DNA of 63,771 bases, the filler included, from Gemmatimonadota bacterium (lineage in GTDB: Bacteria; 4572-55; J002), in the NCBI GenBank assembly GCA_003697105.1. It is 6 parts of 6 records of this genome, joined end to end, with 100 filler letters (N's around TTAATTAATTAA, not from the genome) between each part and the next. Parts side by side here need not be neighbours in the genome. Positions count along the whole stretch, not along the records: positions 26,179 to 39,950 come from RFFQ01000139.1; 5 more parts are not named here. One strand, written 5' to 3'. A program made the translations under genes and the position numbers. Shown piece by piece: positions 31,301 through 40,050 of the stretch. A model generated the notes under the pieces. The model was not told the origin of the DNA. It saw only the letters and a program-made list of their open reading frames with translations, and ran no database searches. Position 1 is the stretch's first letter. Each line of letters opens with the position of its first letter.

Positions 31301-31919
31301 ACCGTTGCCGGTGCTCGAAGACCAATTGGTCATCGATCATCGTCCGCATATCGTCTTCCGTCAATTGCTCAATTTTGGAAACCTCATGCGATACCCGAAA
31401 GCCTTCAAAGAAGTGAACAAACGGTATTCGAGCTTTCAGTGCCGCCGCTTGCGAAATCAGTGCAAAGTCCATCGCTTCCTGTACGGACCCGGAAGCAAGC
31501 AAGCCAAAGCCGGTTGCACGCGTCGCCATCACATCGCTATGGTCTCCAAAAATAGAGAGTGCCTGCGCCGCGATAGAGCGGGCTGACACATGAAATACCG
31601 TCGGCGTCAATTCTCCAGCGATTTTATACATGTTTGGAATCATCAATAGGAGACCTTGCGAAGCGGTAAAGGTGGTTGTTAGCGCCCCACCCTGTAGAGC
31701 ACCGTGAACCGCGCCGGAGGCACCACCCTCGCTCTGCATTTCCACTACGGTTGGAACCGTGCCCCAGATATTGGGGACATTTTCCGAAGCCCACTGGTCT
31801 GCCCACTCCCCCATCGGTGAAGAGGGGGTAATCGGATAAATGGCAATGACTTCGTTGATGCGGTGTGCCACATACGCCACCGCTTCATTGCCATCCAGAG
31901 TGATAAATTGTCGTTGCAT
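28350..31919 (-). CDS. nifJ: Pyruvate:ferredoxin (flavodoxin) oxidoreductase
   Basis: YPITPSS, MQSEGGA, GLGSDGTVGANK, two 4Fe-4S motifs (CIQCGKC, CTGCELC), GACAGCGE, GGDGWAYDIG. Confidence 0.97.
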   Translation of the reverse strand: MQRQFITLDGNEAVAYVAHRINEVIAIYPITPSSPMGEWADQWASENVPNIWGTVPTVVEMQSEGGASGAVHGALQGGALTTTFTASQGLLLMIPNMYKIAGELTPTVFHVSARSIAAQALSIFGDHSDVMATRATGFGLLASGSVQEAMDFALISQAAALKARIPFVHFFEGFRVSHEVSKIEQLTEDDMRTMIDDQLVFEHRQRCLNPENPVLRGTAQNPDVFFQARETVNPYYQKAPTIMQDAMDKFAQLVGRQYHLFDYVGAPDADRVIVCMGSGSEAIHETVDYLNDKGESVGLLKVRLYRPFSMEQFIKALPASAKAIAVLDRTKEPGSLGEPLYQDTVNALYESMNNGGAKFDALPKVIGGRYGLSSKEFTPAMVKGIYDELKKDIPKNHFTIGINDDVTHTSLDYDPEFSTESDNVVRALFYGLGSDGTVGANKNSIKIIGENTDNYAQGYFVYDSKKAGAVTVSHLRFGPEPIRSSYLISKANFVACHQTVFLERYDMLKSLVPGGTFLLNTQAGVDEVWDTLPRNYQEQIIEKQIKLYVIDAYDVAKNAGMGNRINTVMQTCFFAISSVLPKEEAIRAIKDAIKKTYGRKGDHIVQMNINAVDQALAHLHEVEIPGAVTSRREQPPTVSERAPEFVRNVLAKIMAGQGDDLPVSCFPEDGTYPTGTTQWEKRNIALEIPVWDPDVCIQCGKCSLVCPHGVIRQKVYDPDLLKDAPATFKSTDARDKAWSGMKYTLQVAPEDCTGCELCVEVCPAKNKTQTRLKAINMAPQPPLRDTERENWEFFLSLPEVDRRNIEVTKLPQQQLQLPLFEFSGACAGCGETPYVKLATQLFGDRMVVANATGCSSIYGGNLPTTPWTKNREGRGPAWSNSLFEDNAEFGLGIRLAIDKKQEYARELVQKLAGTIGDDLATALLTADQRDEAGIYEQRERVALLKQKLRDLDTIDAKQLLTLADNLVKQSVWIIGGDGWAYDIGYGGLDHVLASGRDVNILVLDTEVYSNTGGQTSKATPRGAIAKFSAAGRPAGKKDLGLMAMSYGNVYVASVAMGARDMHTLRAFIEAEAYQGPSLIIAYSHCIAHGINMAKAMENQKMAVNTGQWLLYRYNPLRAEAGENPLSLDSKAPKKAVIEYLNMENRFRMLTKSKPDIAERLFKLAQADVDRRWKHYEYLASRSSNHPTDK

Positions 31920-32134
31920 ATTTCTCCCCTTTCGAGAGTGAAAACCTATGAATGATAACAGATTATTCAGTCAATATTGATTTTGATAAATTGAATTTAA
32001 TACCTTTGACTCCATTATACAAGTAAAAAATGAGGCGCTTTTATGTTTATTTCGGGAAAAATAAAAGCGCTATGTTCGTAGGTGTGTATATTAAGATGAC
32101 GCCATGTAAAGATACGTGTAAGATCATACTTAGA

Positions 32135-32410
32135 TTAAGATGTGTCCGAAGCGTCACCACCGGTTTCAGTGAGTTCTGCCAACTCGCCCATTTCCCGCAG
32201 GTACTCAAATACCTGATTTGCTTCAGCTTCATCCACCACATTTAAGGCGAATCCCACATGTACCAGTACGTAATCCCCGATTTTGGCTTCCGGGACATAC
32301 GCCAGATTGACTTCTTTCTGGATACCGCCAAAACTGACTTTACCGGTGCGCAATAGGGGGTCGCCGGTGTCTTGAATGGTGGTGATTTTACCGGGTACCG
32401 CTAAGCACAT
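32135..32410 (-). CDS. hypC: Hydrogenase maturation chaperone HypC
   Basis: MCLAVPGKI start, GDYVLVHVGFAL. Confidence 0.95.
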   Translation of the reverse strand: MCLAVPGKITTIQDTGDPLLRTGKVSFGGIQKEVNLAYVPEAKIGDYVLVHVGFALNVVDEAEANQVFEYLREMGELAELTETGGDASDTS

Positions 32411-32483
32411 AATTATTCTCCTGCATTGTTTTGATATAAAAAGTGAATCCACAGAACAATTTGAAGGGGGTCTTCCGTGGTGC

Positions 32484-32699
32484 TTAAATGGATTCAATTT
32501 CCTTCAGAATACCTTGAAGTGCCTCGATGATAGCTTCATTCCGGCAGATCATCTCTTCCTCGTTGCGGACATGTTCTGGGTTTTCGGTTTCACGGTCCAA
32601 CTCTGTTTTAAATTTACGTACCAAATCTTGATGCATCGCAATATGTTTCTGAATAATGGATTTAACATGCTCTAAATCTGTTCGTAATTGGCGAGACAT
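32484..32699 (-). CDS. Small helical hypothetical protein (71 aa)
   Basis: Strong AAAGGAGG RBS; sits between hypF and hypC. Confidence 0.65.
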   Translation of the reverse strand: MSRQLRTDLEHVKSIIQKHIAMHQDLVRKFKTELDRETENPEHVRNEEEMICRNEAIIEALQGILKEIESI

Positions 32700-32714
32700 G
32701 TGCCCTCCTTTCCC

Positions 32715-35012
32715 CTATTGAACGGCGATAATTTGTCCCAGCGAGATTCCCCCGTCGTTAGGGGGAATCCGCTGGTGCCAATAGACCCGAAAATCATGCT
32801 GATTTAATTGTTCTATTATCGTTTCGGTGAGATATTTATTCTGGAAGCATCCTCCGCTGATAACCACCTTTTGTAAACCGTGCCGCTGGGCTTGATCGAC
32901 GATTATTTGGGTTAACATTTGATGGAACAGTTGAGCTATTTTTGCCCGGCAGGTGTTGGAGCGGATGTGTTGAATAAGATACGTCAGCCATGGTTTTAAG
33001 GAAAGCGCATAATTTTTGGTTTGCATAATTTTTTGATTATCTTCAAACCAAACCTCACCCACACCTTCCTCAAAAGCCAAAAACTCCAACAACATCGCCG
33101 CCTGCCCCTCATAATTCATCACTTGACAACAATCCAACAATGATGCCATAGCATCAAATAACCGTCCCACACTAGATGTCATCGGACAATTCAACCCTTG
33201 CTTCAACATGGAGTGAATAATCTTCAATTCCGCCGCAGAAAATGCTTGTACTGAAGGCAGGTCCCTCCCCCACCCCCCAAAGACCTCATCCCCAAAATAA
33301 TGATAGAGCAATCCTATTGCCGAGCGGCGCGGCTCCTTCACCGCAGTTTCGCCACCGGGGAGTGGAAAAGGTTCTATACATGCCACACGTTCCCAGTCTA
33401 AATGCGTCCCTTGCAGAGACTTCCGGGCTGTAATGACGAAAAACTCGCCTCCCCAAATAGTACCATCGGTGCCGTATCCCGTACCATCCCACGAAACACC
33501 CAGCACGGGCGGATCAACCTCATTTTCTGCCATACACGCAAGCACATGCGCTACGTGATGCTGAACCCCCTTTTGCACTAAGGGTTGTTTGCGCGCAAAC
33601 TGGGTCGATAGGTAATCAGGGTGCAAATCGTGGGCAATAACCTCCGGTTGGACATCATACAACCGTTGAAAATCAGACACAACCCTCTGAAACGCACCAA
33701 ACGCTTCTGCGGTTTCTAAATCGCCAATATGCTGGCTCAAAAAGACCTGATTTCCAACAGAAAGAGCCACCGTATTTTTTAGGTGTCCCCCCACTGCCAG
33801 ACTTGGTTTCGATTGGGGATTAAGCATAGAAACCGAGATCGGTAGCGGGGCATATCCTCGGGCACGTCGTAGGATCATTTCCCGCCCGCCCATCAGCCGG
33901 ACGATAGAATCATCCACATGCCGTACAATCGGGCGGTTATGCACCAAGAACAGGTCGGCGATACCTGCCAAACGCTGTAATGCTTCGCGCTCATCCGTAC
34001 AGATAGGTTCATCCGAAAGGTTACCGCTCGTAGCCACTACCGGAAATCCCAAATCCGCCAACAATAAATGGTGCAACGGGGTATAGGGTAGCATTACCCC
34101 TAAATAGGGATGCCCGGGCGCCACTTCGGTTGAAATGGAAATGTTACGGTGGCGTAACAAGAGTACAATCGGGGCTTCCGGGGATTGCAGTAATGCGGCT
34201 TCAGCATCCGAAACCACACAATCATACGCGATCATCTCCACCGAGGGATAAAACAGAGCAAACGGCTTTTCATCCCTTGCTTTAGCCTTGCGCAACCGTT
34301 GAACAGCACAGGTATTCCGGGCATCGACAATCAAATGGAAGCCACCTAATCCTTTAACAGCGACAATTTTTCCTTGCCGGATCGCCTCCTCCGCCAGCCG
34401 TAATGCGTCCTTATGGGTTGCCAATACTTCCCCGCCAGCGTTCCATAGTTGCAGATGCGGTCCACAAACGGGGCACGCATTGGGTTGTGCATGGAAACGG
34501 CGGTCTAGGGGATTTTCGTACTCCGCTTGACACACCTCACACATTGGAAATGCCTTCATGGTTGTGTTTGGACGGTCATACGGCAATGCTTCAATGATGC
34601 TAAAACGAGGACCACAGTTGGTACAATTGGTAAAGGGATAGCGATACCGCCGGTTTTGCGGATCAAAAATCTCGCGTCTGCAATCGGCACAAGTAGCCAC
34701 ATCCGGTAAGATCAGGGCATCTTTACGCCCTCGGGTATCGCTTTCACGAATCTTAAATGCCGTATAGCCCAGCGGGTCAAGAAAGTGCGATTCTAAGCTT
34801 TGAATACACGCTAGGGCGGGTTTTTCTGTTTTCAGGCGATTTATGAAATTATGTAAATCTGATTTATGACCTTCAACTTCAATCAAAACCCCTTGTGGCG
34901 AATTATTGACCCAGCCAACCAACCCCATTTCGTGCGCCAACCGGTAGATAAACGGGCGAAACCCCACGCCTTGTACCACACCCCGAATGGAAAGCCGTAA
35001 ACGAGTGTTCAC
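32715..35012 (-). CDS. hypF: Carbamoyltransferase HypF
   Basis: GVVQGVGFRPF, CADC..E, NCTNCGPR, RRFHAQPNAC, DLHPDY, QHH.AH, PPNDGGISLGQ; GTG start overlapping the hypB stop. Confidence 0.96.
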   Translation of the reverse strand: MNTRLRLSIRGVVQGVGFRPFIYRLAHEMGLVGWVNNSPQGVLIEVEGHKSDLHNFINRLKTEKPALACIQSLESHFLDPLGYTAFKIRESDTRGRKDALILPDVATCADCRREIFDPQNRRYRYPFTNCTNCGPRFSIIEALPYDRPNTTMKAFPMCEVCQAEYENPLDRRFHAQPNACPVCGPHLQLWNAGGEVLATHKDALRLAEEAIRQGKIVAVKGLGGFHLIVDARNTCAVQRLRKAKARDEKPFALFYPSVEMIAYDCVVSDAEAALLQSPEAPIVLLLRHRNISISTEVAPGHPYLGVMLPYTPLHHLLLADLGFPVVATSGNLSDEPICTDEREALQRLAGIADLFLVHNRPIVRHVDDSIVRLMGGREMILRRARGYAPLPISVSMLNPQSKPSLAVGGHLKNTVALSVGNQVFLSQHIGDLETAEAFGAFQRVVSDFQRLYDVQPEVIAHDLHPDYLSTQFARKQPLVQKGVQHHVAHVLACMAENEVDPPVLGVSWDGTGYGTDGTIWGGEFFVITARKSLQGTHLDWERVACIEPFPLPGGETAVKEPRRSAIGLLYHYFGDEVFGGWGRDLPSVQAFSAAELKIIHSMLKQGLNCPMTSSVGRLFDAMASLLDCCQVMNYEGQAAMLLEFLAFEEGVGEVWFEDNQKIMQTKNYALSLKPWLTYLIQHIRSNTCRAKIAQLFHQMLTQIIVDQAQRHGLQKVVISGGCFQNKYLTETIIEQLNQHDFRVYWHQRIPPNDGGISLGQIIAVQ

Positions 35013-35653
35013 ACAACCAGCCCCTTGATCCACGCCAACCACTCCTCTACCCCTTCCCCGGTCCGGCAAGACATGCGAATAATACGCATGTCCGGGTTCA
35101 GTGCTTTGATATCTGCAGTGAACTGAGCTTCATCAAAATCAATATAAGGTAGCAAGTCAATCTTGTTCAAGATGGTCAAATCGGCTGTACGGAACAATTT
35201 GGGATATTTGATCGGCTTGTCATGACCTTCCGGCACGCTTACGACGGCAATACGTTTGGTTTCGCCAAGGTCGAAACCAACTGGACAGACTAAATTACCG
35301 ACATTCTCGATGATGATAATCTGTAAATTATGTAAATTAAAATTATCCAAAGTGCGCCACACCAAATTTGCCTCTAAGTGACATCCCCCCGCCGTGTTGA
35401 TCTGGGTCACCGGCACGCCAAATTTCGCCACCCGCTCTGCATCCCGCGTGGTATCGGGATCACCTTCGATCACCCCAAAACGGAACTCCGCCTTAAGATG
35501 GCTTAAAGTGGTTTCAATTAAACTGGTCTTCCCTGAACCGGGCGCACTGATCAAATTCAGCCCAACAATGCCGTACTCTTCAAATTTCGCCCGAACCATC
35601 GCCGCCAGATCATCATTTGCTTTTAAGACCTTATGAACAACCTGAACTTCCAT
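35009..35653 (-). CDS. hypB: Hydrogenase nickel-insertion GTPase HypB
   Basis: PGSGKT, GGCHL, ENVGNLVCP, KPIKYP, NKIDL. Confidence 0.96.
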   Translation of the reverse strand: MEVQVVHKVLKANDDLAAMVRAKFEEYGIVGLNLISAPGSGKTSLIETTLSHLKAEFRFGVIEGDPDTTRDAERVAKFGVPVTQINTAGGCHLEANLVWRTLDNFNLHNLQIIIIENVGNLVCPVGFDLGETKRIAVVSVPEGHDKPIKYPKLFRTADLTILNKIDLLPYIDFDEAQFTADIKALNPDMRIIRMSCRTGEGVEEWLAWIKGLVV

Positions 35654-35770
35654 TGCGATACTCCTTGTATATGATACGTTTGAATTAGTTAAAAATGGCT
35701 GGAATATCTTTGATGCGTTTAGTAAAAATTAGGACTCCTGTACGACCCGACCCTGAAGGTCTTTTTGCCA

Positions 35771-36130
35771 TCAAAGCTCTCCGGCAGGATCAACAAATGT
35801 AATCGATTCCAAAATAAATTCGTCTCCTTGTTTGATCTCTCCCCCACTCGATTCACACTGGGGACAGACCCAAAAAACATCGTGCGGTTCAAACTCGGTA
35901 TGGCACTGCTGGCATTTGATCTTCACCGGTACAACGTCCCATACCAAGTCAGCCGTTTCGGCAATCGTCCCTTTTGCCATGACCTCAAACGCGAATTCCA
36001 AAATATCGGGCACGATATGTTGCAATTCACCAATTTGCAATTTGATTCTTTCCACTTTGGGATGACCATGCTCGGCGGCAATCTCTATCGTTTTATCCAT
36101 CAAGGCTTGCATCAGGCTATATTCGTGCAT
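35771..36130 (-). CDS. hypA: Hydrogenase nickel metallochaperone HypA
   Basis: MHEYS start, two CxxC motifs, G.E...SI. Confidence 0.95.
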   Translation of the reverse strand: MHEYSLMQALMDKTIEIAAEHGHPKVERIKLQIGELQHIVPDILEFAFEVMAKGTIAETADLVWDVVPVKIKCQQCHTEFEPHDVFWVCPQCESSGGEIKQGDEFILESITFVDPAGEL

Positions 36131-36215
36131 AATTGAGGTCTCTGGAAGTAGAAGTAAGAACACCTATTGAACTGAGGACTTAATATAGCATAAAACGAGG
36201 TGAAAGTCCACTATT

Positions 36216-36689
36216 TTATACGGGTGGCACGGATGAAGACTGGTGCGGATCAACCAACCAGTGGACATGGCTGTAAAGCTTAGGCAGCGCGGCTTGAACC
36301 GGTTCGGATAACGTTTCGCCAAACTCCAGCGATCCAGCACCAATGGAGAGCATATGGGCTAACGGCGCCCGTCCATAGACCGTTTTCGTGAGTGCCAACA
36401 ATCCTGTGGGGCTAAAATGATGTGTCAAAGGACGACTTTCCAACGTATCTGGGTCAACCGGTGTCGCTAAAAACTCACCCGGCGCCAAATCAATTGAAAC
36501 ATCAATAAAGATCACCACATCGACTTGTGCTAAGTCATCTGCCAATTCCGGTGTCAGTTGGTGAGCGGTTCGGATGGTAATATTCGTGTTTAAAGCAAAG
36601 GTTTGGGCTAAGTGTTCAGCGACCACCCAACCCAAACCGTCATCGGCACGCATCGGATTACCGTACCCGATAATGAGTATTTGTGACAT
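36216..36689 (-). CDS. Hydrogenase maturation endopeptidase (HyaD/HycI family)
   Basis: IIGYGNPMRADDGLG, HQLTPEL, VIFID, THH. Confidence 0.9.
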   Translation of the reverse strand: MSQILIIGYGNPMRADDGLGWVVAEHLAQTFALNTNITIRTAHQLTPELADDLAQVDVVIFIDVSIDLAPGEFLATPVDPDTLESRPLTHHFSPTGLLALTKTVYGRAPLAHMLSIGAGSLEFGETLSEPVQAALPKLYSHVHWLVDPHQSSSVPPV

Positions 36690-36740
36690 TATTGAGTATC
36701 CACCCCCAGAGATGTTTGGAAAATATCGTGCTTTAAGCCC

Positions 36741-37220
36741 CTACCCACGGCGAATTTCCGCTCCGGTGGTAGATAGATCGAAGGGCAACCGGTCCAACTG
36801 ATGCCCTTGTACTCTCGCGGAGGCAAAGTCTGCAATGGAGACTTCGGTCAAATAATGGCGCATACTTTTCCGTAAATTATGGCAAACCAAATCTAAGGTA
36901 CAGGAGTGCCCTTCTTCACAGCGTTTCAAACCCAGCACACAACTCTCTAACCGGTTATCCAAATCTTCAAAAACATTAATGATCTGGTACAATGTAATAG
37001 TAGCGGGGTCTTTCACTAAAGAAAATCCCCCATTGGGACCTTTAATCGAAGTCAGTATTTTTGCTTGAACCAGTTGTTGTAACAATTTGGATAAAAAATG
37101 TTTTGGGATATTCTCCTCCCGTGCAATGATCTCCCCCGCTACCGGGACATTATCTTTTAAGCTAGCAATATACGCCACTGCCCGCAGTCCATATTGCGCT
37201 GGTTTGGAAAACAAAACCAT
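36741..37220 (-). CDS. Rrf2-family transcriptional regulator with Cys cluster
   Basis: FSK..QYGLRA, IPKHFLSKLLQQL, S.KGPNGGF, CVLGLKRCEEGHSC. Confidence 0.92.
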   Translation of the reverse strand: MVLFSKPAQYGLRAVAYIASLKDNVPVAGEIIAREENIPKHFLSKLLQQLVQAKILTSIKGPNGGFSLVKDPATITLYQIINVFEDLDNRLESCVLGLKRCEEGHSCTLDLVCHNLRKSMRHYLTEVSIADFASARVQGHQLDRLPFDLSTTGAEIRRG

Positions 37221-37332
37221 GGATATCCTCGCTGAAATAAAGATAAAAGATTAGAGGACTATTCAATCCCTTTATGTGCGGAATCTATAATATCTCCGGC
37301 AAATGAAGTCAAGCAATATTTTCTAAGCTCAT

Positions 37333-37537
37333 CGGGGGTTACAACACGATATTCATATATAGTGAGGGGCTGAAGTGTGTATTTAGAGAAAAAGCGAATT
37401 ATGGACATCACCAACCACAATATAGGCACGATATAGGGGGTATCAGAACACGATATTGGGTGAGAATAAATCTTTACATACAGATAAAGCGAAATACACA
37501 CGTTCAGAATATTGCCAGAGCTTAAAACACGATATCA
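37333..37537 (+). repeat. Downstream iteron-like repeats (4 copies)
   Basis: (A/G)CACGATAT cores at 37344, 37426, 37448, 37527, same motif and orientation as the upstream array. Confidence 0.75.
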
Positions 37538-37595
37538 GCACATCTATAAAGATGGAAGTGTGTAGTTGGTGATAACCCCATTGGGAAGAAACACA

Positions 37596-38978
37596 TTAAG
37601 TAGAAGACGCGCTCAGAAATTGGCGGATGTTATCTTCTACAGCGGCTTTAACAGCAAGGCTGGTTAATCCATGCTTCTGATACTGGGTTGCTAAAAAATC
37701 ATCCAGTTGTGCCACCGCTTCTTTTAGTATCTCTTCCTGTTTGTCTGCCGGAAGCGCCCGGAACCGATCCAATAAGGGGTCAGGGGGCGAAGGCAAGCAT
37801 CCGGTTGCGGTATCTGGAGTCGTCGGGGAAGGTGGGGGGGTTGGTTCAGCATAATCTGAAGGGGGTTTATAATCATCTTCAATACTCTTGCGCAAATACC
37901 CTTGCGGATTCTGCGAAATATGGCGGTGATGTACCTGCACCATCCAGTCATAAACAGCGATCTTCTCCTTAATCCGGTCTGGAGAGTACGTTTTGACCAA
38001 TCCAGCCGCTGCTTTAGGAGTAATCTTGCGTTGGATCAATGCTTCAATTAACGTGGTTTCCGTTTCGGAAAATTCTTCCGCTTCATCGTTATCCACCACC
38101 TGACTTTTCACCTCAATAGCGTTCCGGGCAGGAGCAAATCGATAAATAATTTTGAGGTCTCCATTTTCCGTCCGGTAACAGACATCGGAAAGAAAATCAA
38201 AATCATCTCGTAATTGATCATGGGCACGCTTTAGGGTCCGTTTCAGGTGGGAAGGCCGCTTATCTCGGATCGGCAACAGATCCGCGAGTTCCTGCAGAGA
38301 CATCTTAAATTCGGGGTAGTGATTATAGCGCATCTTGGACAAAAAGCGATACAGGCGTTTGGTGAGAGGTGTACGCATCGCCAAATATTTATCAATATCA
38401 ACACTGCGGATAAAGCCATTGCGTACGCTTTCTACAAGCGCAGGGGAAACCACAATATAGCTAAGGGGCAGGGTACCATCATTCTTCTTTTTCTTACCGG
38501 CTTTTTCCTCGTAAAGATGGTATTCGGCAAACAGATTAACATTACGGGTAACGTATTTTTTCGCTTTATTATCCCAAAAGGCGCGTTTAGCTTTAATTGA
38601 TACGGTTTTTAAACGGTCCAGGGATCGTTCCAAGCGGTCATATTCCCGTTTGGAGGTATTCCACCGGAGTAGTTTTAACAGTTGGTAACGGGTAAAGTAA
38701 ATCCGGTCACCCTCAAAATTTTGGTCTTTCCAGAGTTTCATTAAGGCAAGATAAACGTCATAATCAATGGCAATGGGCAAGCCGTACTCTTCAGCTCCCG
38801 TGACAATCCATTCTTGCTTGACCAGTTTACCAGAATTGCGATCTTTGATATAACGACTAAATTTGATAGTTGCCTGATCACCCGTTTGGCGTTGGGTAAG
38901 AAGGGCAAAGGGGAACTCTGCCAAATTCATTTCATCTTTTGTTAAAACCAGTAGTTCTTCTCGTTTAGGAGTGGTCAT
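37596..38978 (-). CDS. Plasmid-type replication initiator protein A (RPA/RepA family)
   Basis: KDEMNLAEFPFALL, YGLP...D.DVY.AL, FTRYQLLKLL.W, KRLYRFL, C-terminal NPQGYLRKSIEDDY; flanked by iterons. Confidence 0.85.
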   Translation of the reverse strand: MTTPKREELLVLTKDEMNLAEFPFALLTQRQTGDQATIKFSRYIKDRNSGKLVKQEWIVTGAEEYGLPIAIDYDVYLALMKLWKDQNFEGDRIYFTRYQLLKLLRWNTSKREYDRLERSLDRLKTVSIKAKRAFWDNKAKKYVTRNVNLFAEYHLYEEKAGKKKKNDGTLPLSYIVVSPALVESVRNGFIRSVDIDKYLAMRTPLTKRLYRFLSKMRYNHYPEFKMSLQELADLLPIRDKRPSHLKRTLKRAHDQLRDDFDFLSDVCYRTENGDLKIIYRFAPARNAIEVKSQVVDNDEAEEFSETETTLIEALIQRKITPKAAAGLVKTYSPDRIKEKIAVYDWMVQVHHRHISQNPQGYLRKSIEDDYKPPSDYAEPTPPPSPTTPDTATGCLPSPPDPLLDRFRALPADKQEEILKEAVAQLDDFLATQYQKHGLTSLAVKAAVEDNIRQFLSASST

Positions 38979-39084
38979 GCCTACCTCGCTTTGGAATGCC
39001 GAATATTATCACCTGCTGTATGTAGCCGATCATATCAAAAAAGCAGTAGGGGTGCAAGTACATTTTACAGGTGCGGTTGATTTC

Positions 39085-39240
39085 AAAACAATATCAGTAT
39101 AATTTAAGTTTACATAATTGAAAATCATTTAAATTCTAAAATAAAATGACACCAACACCAGATTGTTTTAAGTTGTAAAAGTTGTTTTGTTGTATATTGT
39201 TGCCAAATTGTAACTTACTGATAAAAATGGAGTTGGTTGC
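39085..39240. other. AT-rich putative DNA-unwinding element
   Basis: Strongly AT-rich tract with repeated (G)TTGT units between the rep start and the iteron array. Confidence 0.55.
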
Positions 39241-39247
39241 TCAAAAA

Positions 39248-39652
39248 GGTTCTTCAAACACGATATCAACGGGGTTCAAAACACGAGATTTCGGGGGTTA
39301 AAACACGGTATTATGGGGTTCAAAACACGAGATTTCGGGGTTTTGAACACGATATTAGCCTTTATTGAGGGTCTTAAAACACGAGATTTCGGGGGTTAAA
39401 GCACGGTATTATGGGGTTCAAAACACGAGATTTAATCATGTTCTTTTGTTTTGCTTTTCAACTTTTACTTGAGATTTATTGCCTTTATTGCTGATTTAAC
39501 AGGTTGTTAAGATACATTTTATGCTTCACTACCTGCCGAGGGTTTAAAACACGATATTAACGGGGTGTAAGCTTCAAAAATAGAAGTATGATCCAACTAT
39601 TTGCTTTTTTACCATTGCGTTACCGTTGATCGGTGGTTAAAACACGATATTC
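39248..39652 (+). repeat. Iteron array (consensus GGGGTTnAAACACGrkAT)
   Basis: (A/G)CACG cores at 39258, 39281, 39303, 39325, 39347, 39379, 39401, 39423 (spacing 23,22,22,22,32,22,22) plus singles at 39549 and 39642. Confidence 0.92.
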
Positions 39653-39738
39653 TTTTTTATTTCGCCGGTATTGTGGCTGGTTTATGGGGTAGGGGAGAGG
39701 TATCTACCGGAAAATTTTCAGGTTAAGCATCTTAGGGA

Positions 39739-39950
39739 TGTTCTATCACCTGACCTGTGAGAATTTTAGACCGTCACAAGTGCCAGATGCCTTTTTCTAA
39801 AGTTTTGATCGACAATGGGTGGGGGTTCTTTGCTTTTTCCTTCTAGCCCTAAGAGATGTCCCAGCAGGATGCCGGCCGCCGGTAAGGCACCTAATCGGTA
39901 TCGTTTGGGCTGATATCCGGCATAAACACTTCCGGGCGTATGGTAAGAGA
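39739..39950 (-). repeat. Dispersed repeat family A (212-bp partial copy)
   Basis: Reverse complement of 59689-59900 with a few substitutions; starts TGTTCTATCACCTGACC; runs into the linker. Confidence 0.92.
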
Positions 39951-40050
39951 NNNNNNNNNNNNNNNNNNNNNNNNNNNNNNNNNNNNNNNNNNNNTTAATT
40001 AATTAANNNNNNNNNNNNNNNNNNNNNNNNNNNNNNNNNNNNNNNNNNNN
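39951..40050. other. Artificial contig linker
   Basis: N run with TTAATTAATTAA. Confidence 0.99.

Noticed and set aside
37259-37501. 80-aa ORF between rrf2 and rep
   Set aside because: Overlaps the downstream iteron cluster, AT-rich, no RBS; likely non-coding
39248-39435. Repeat array as a CRISPR
   Set aside because: Period is only ~22 bp with no unique spacers, no cas genes are present, and it lies next to a rep gene; these are iterons
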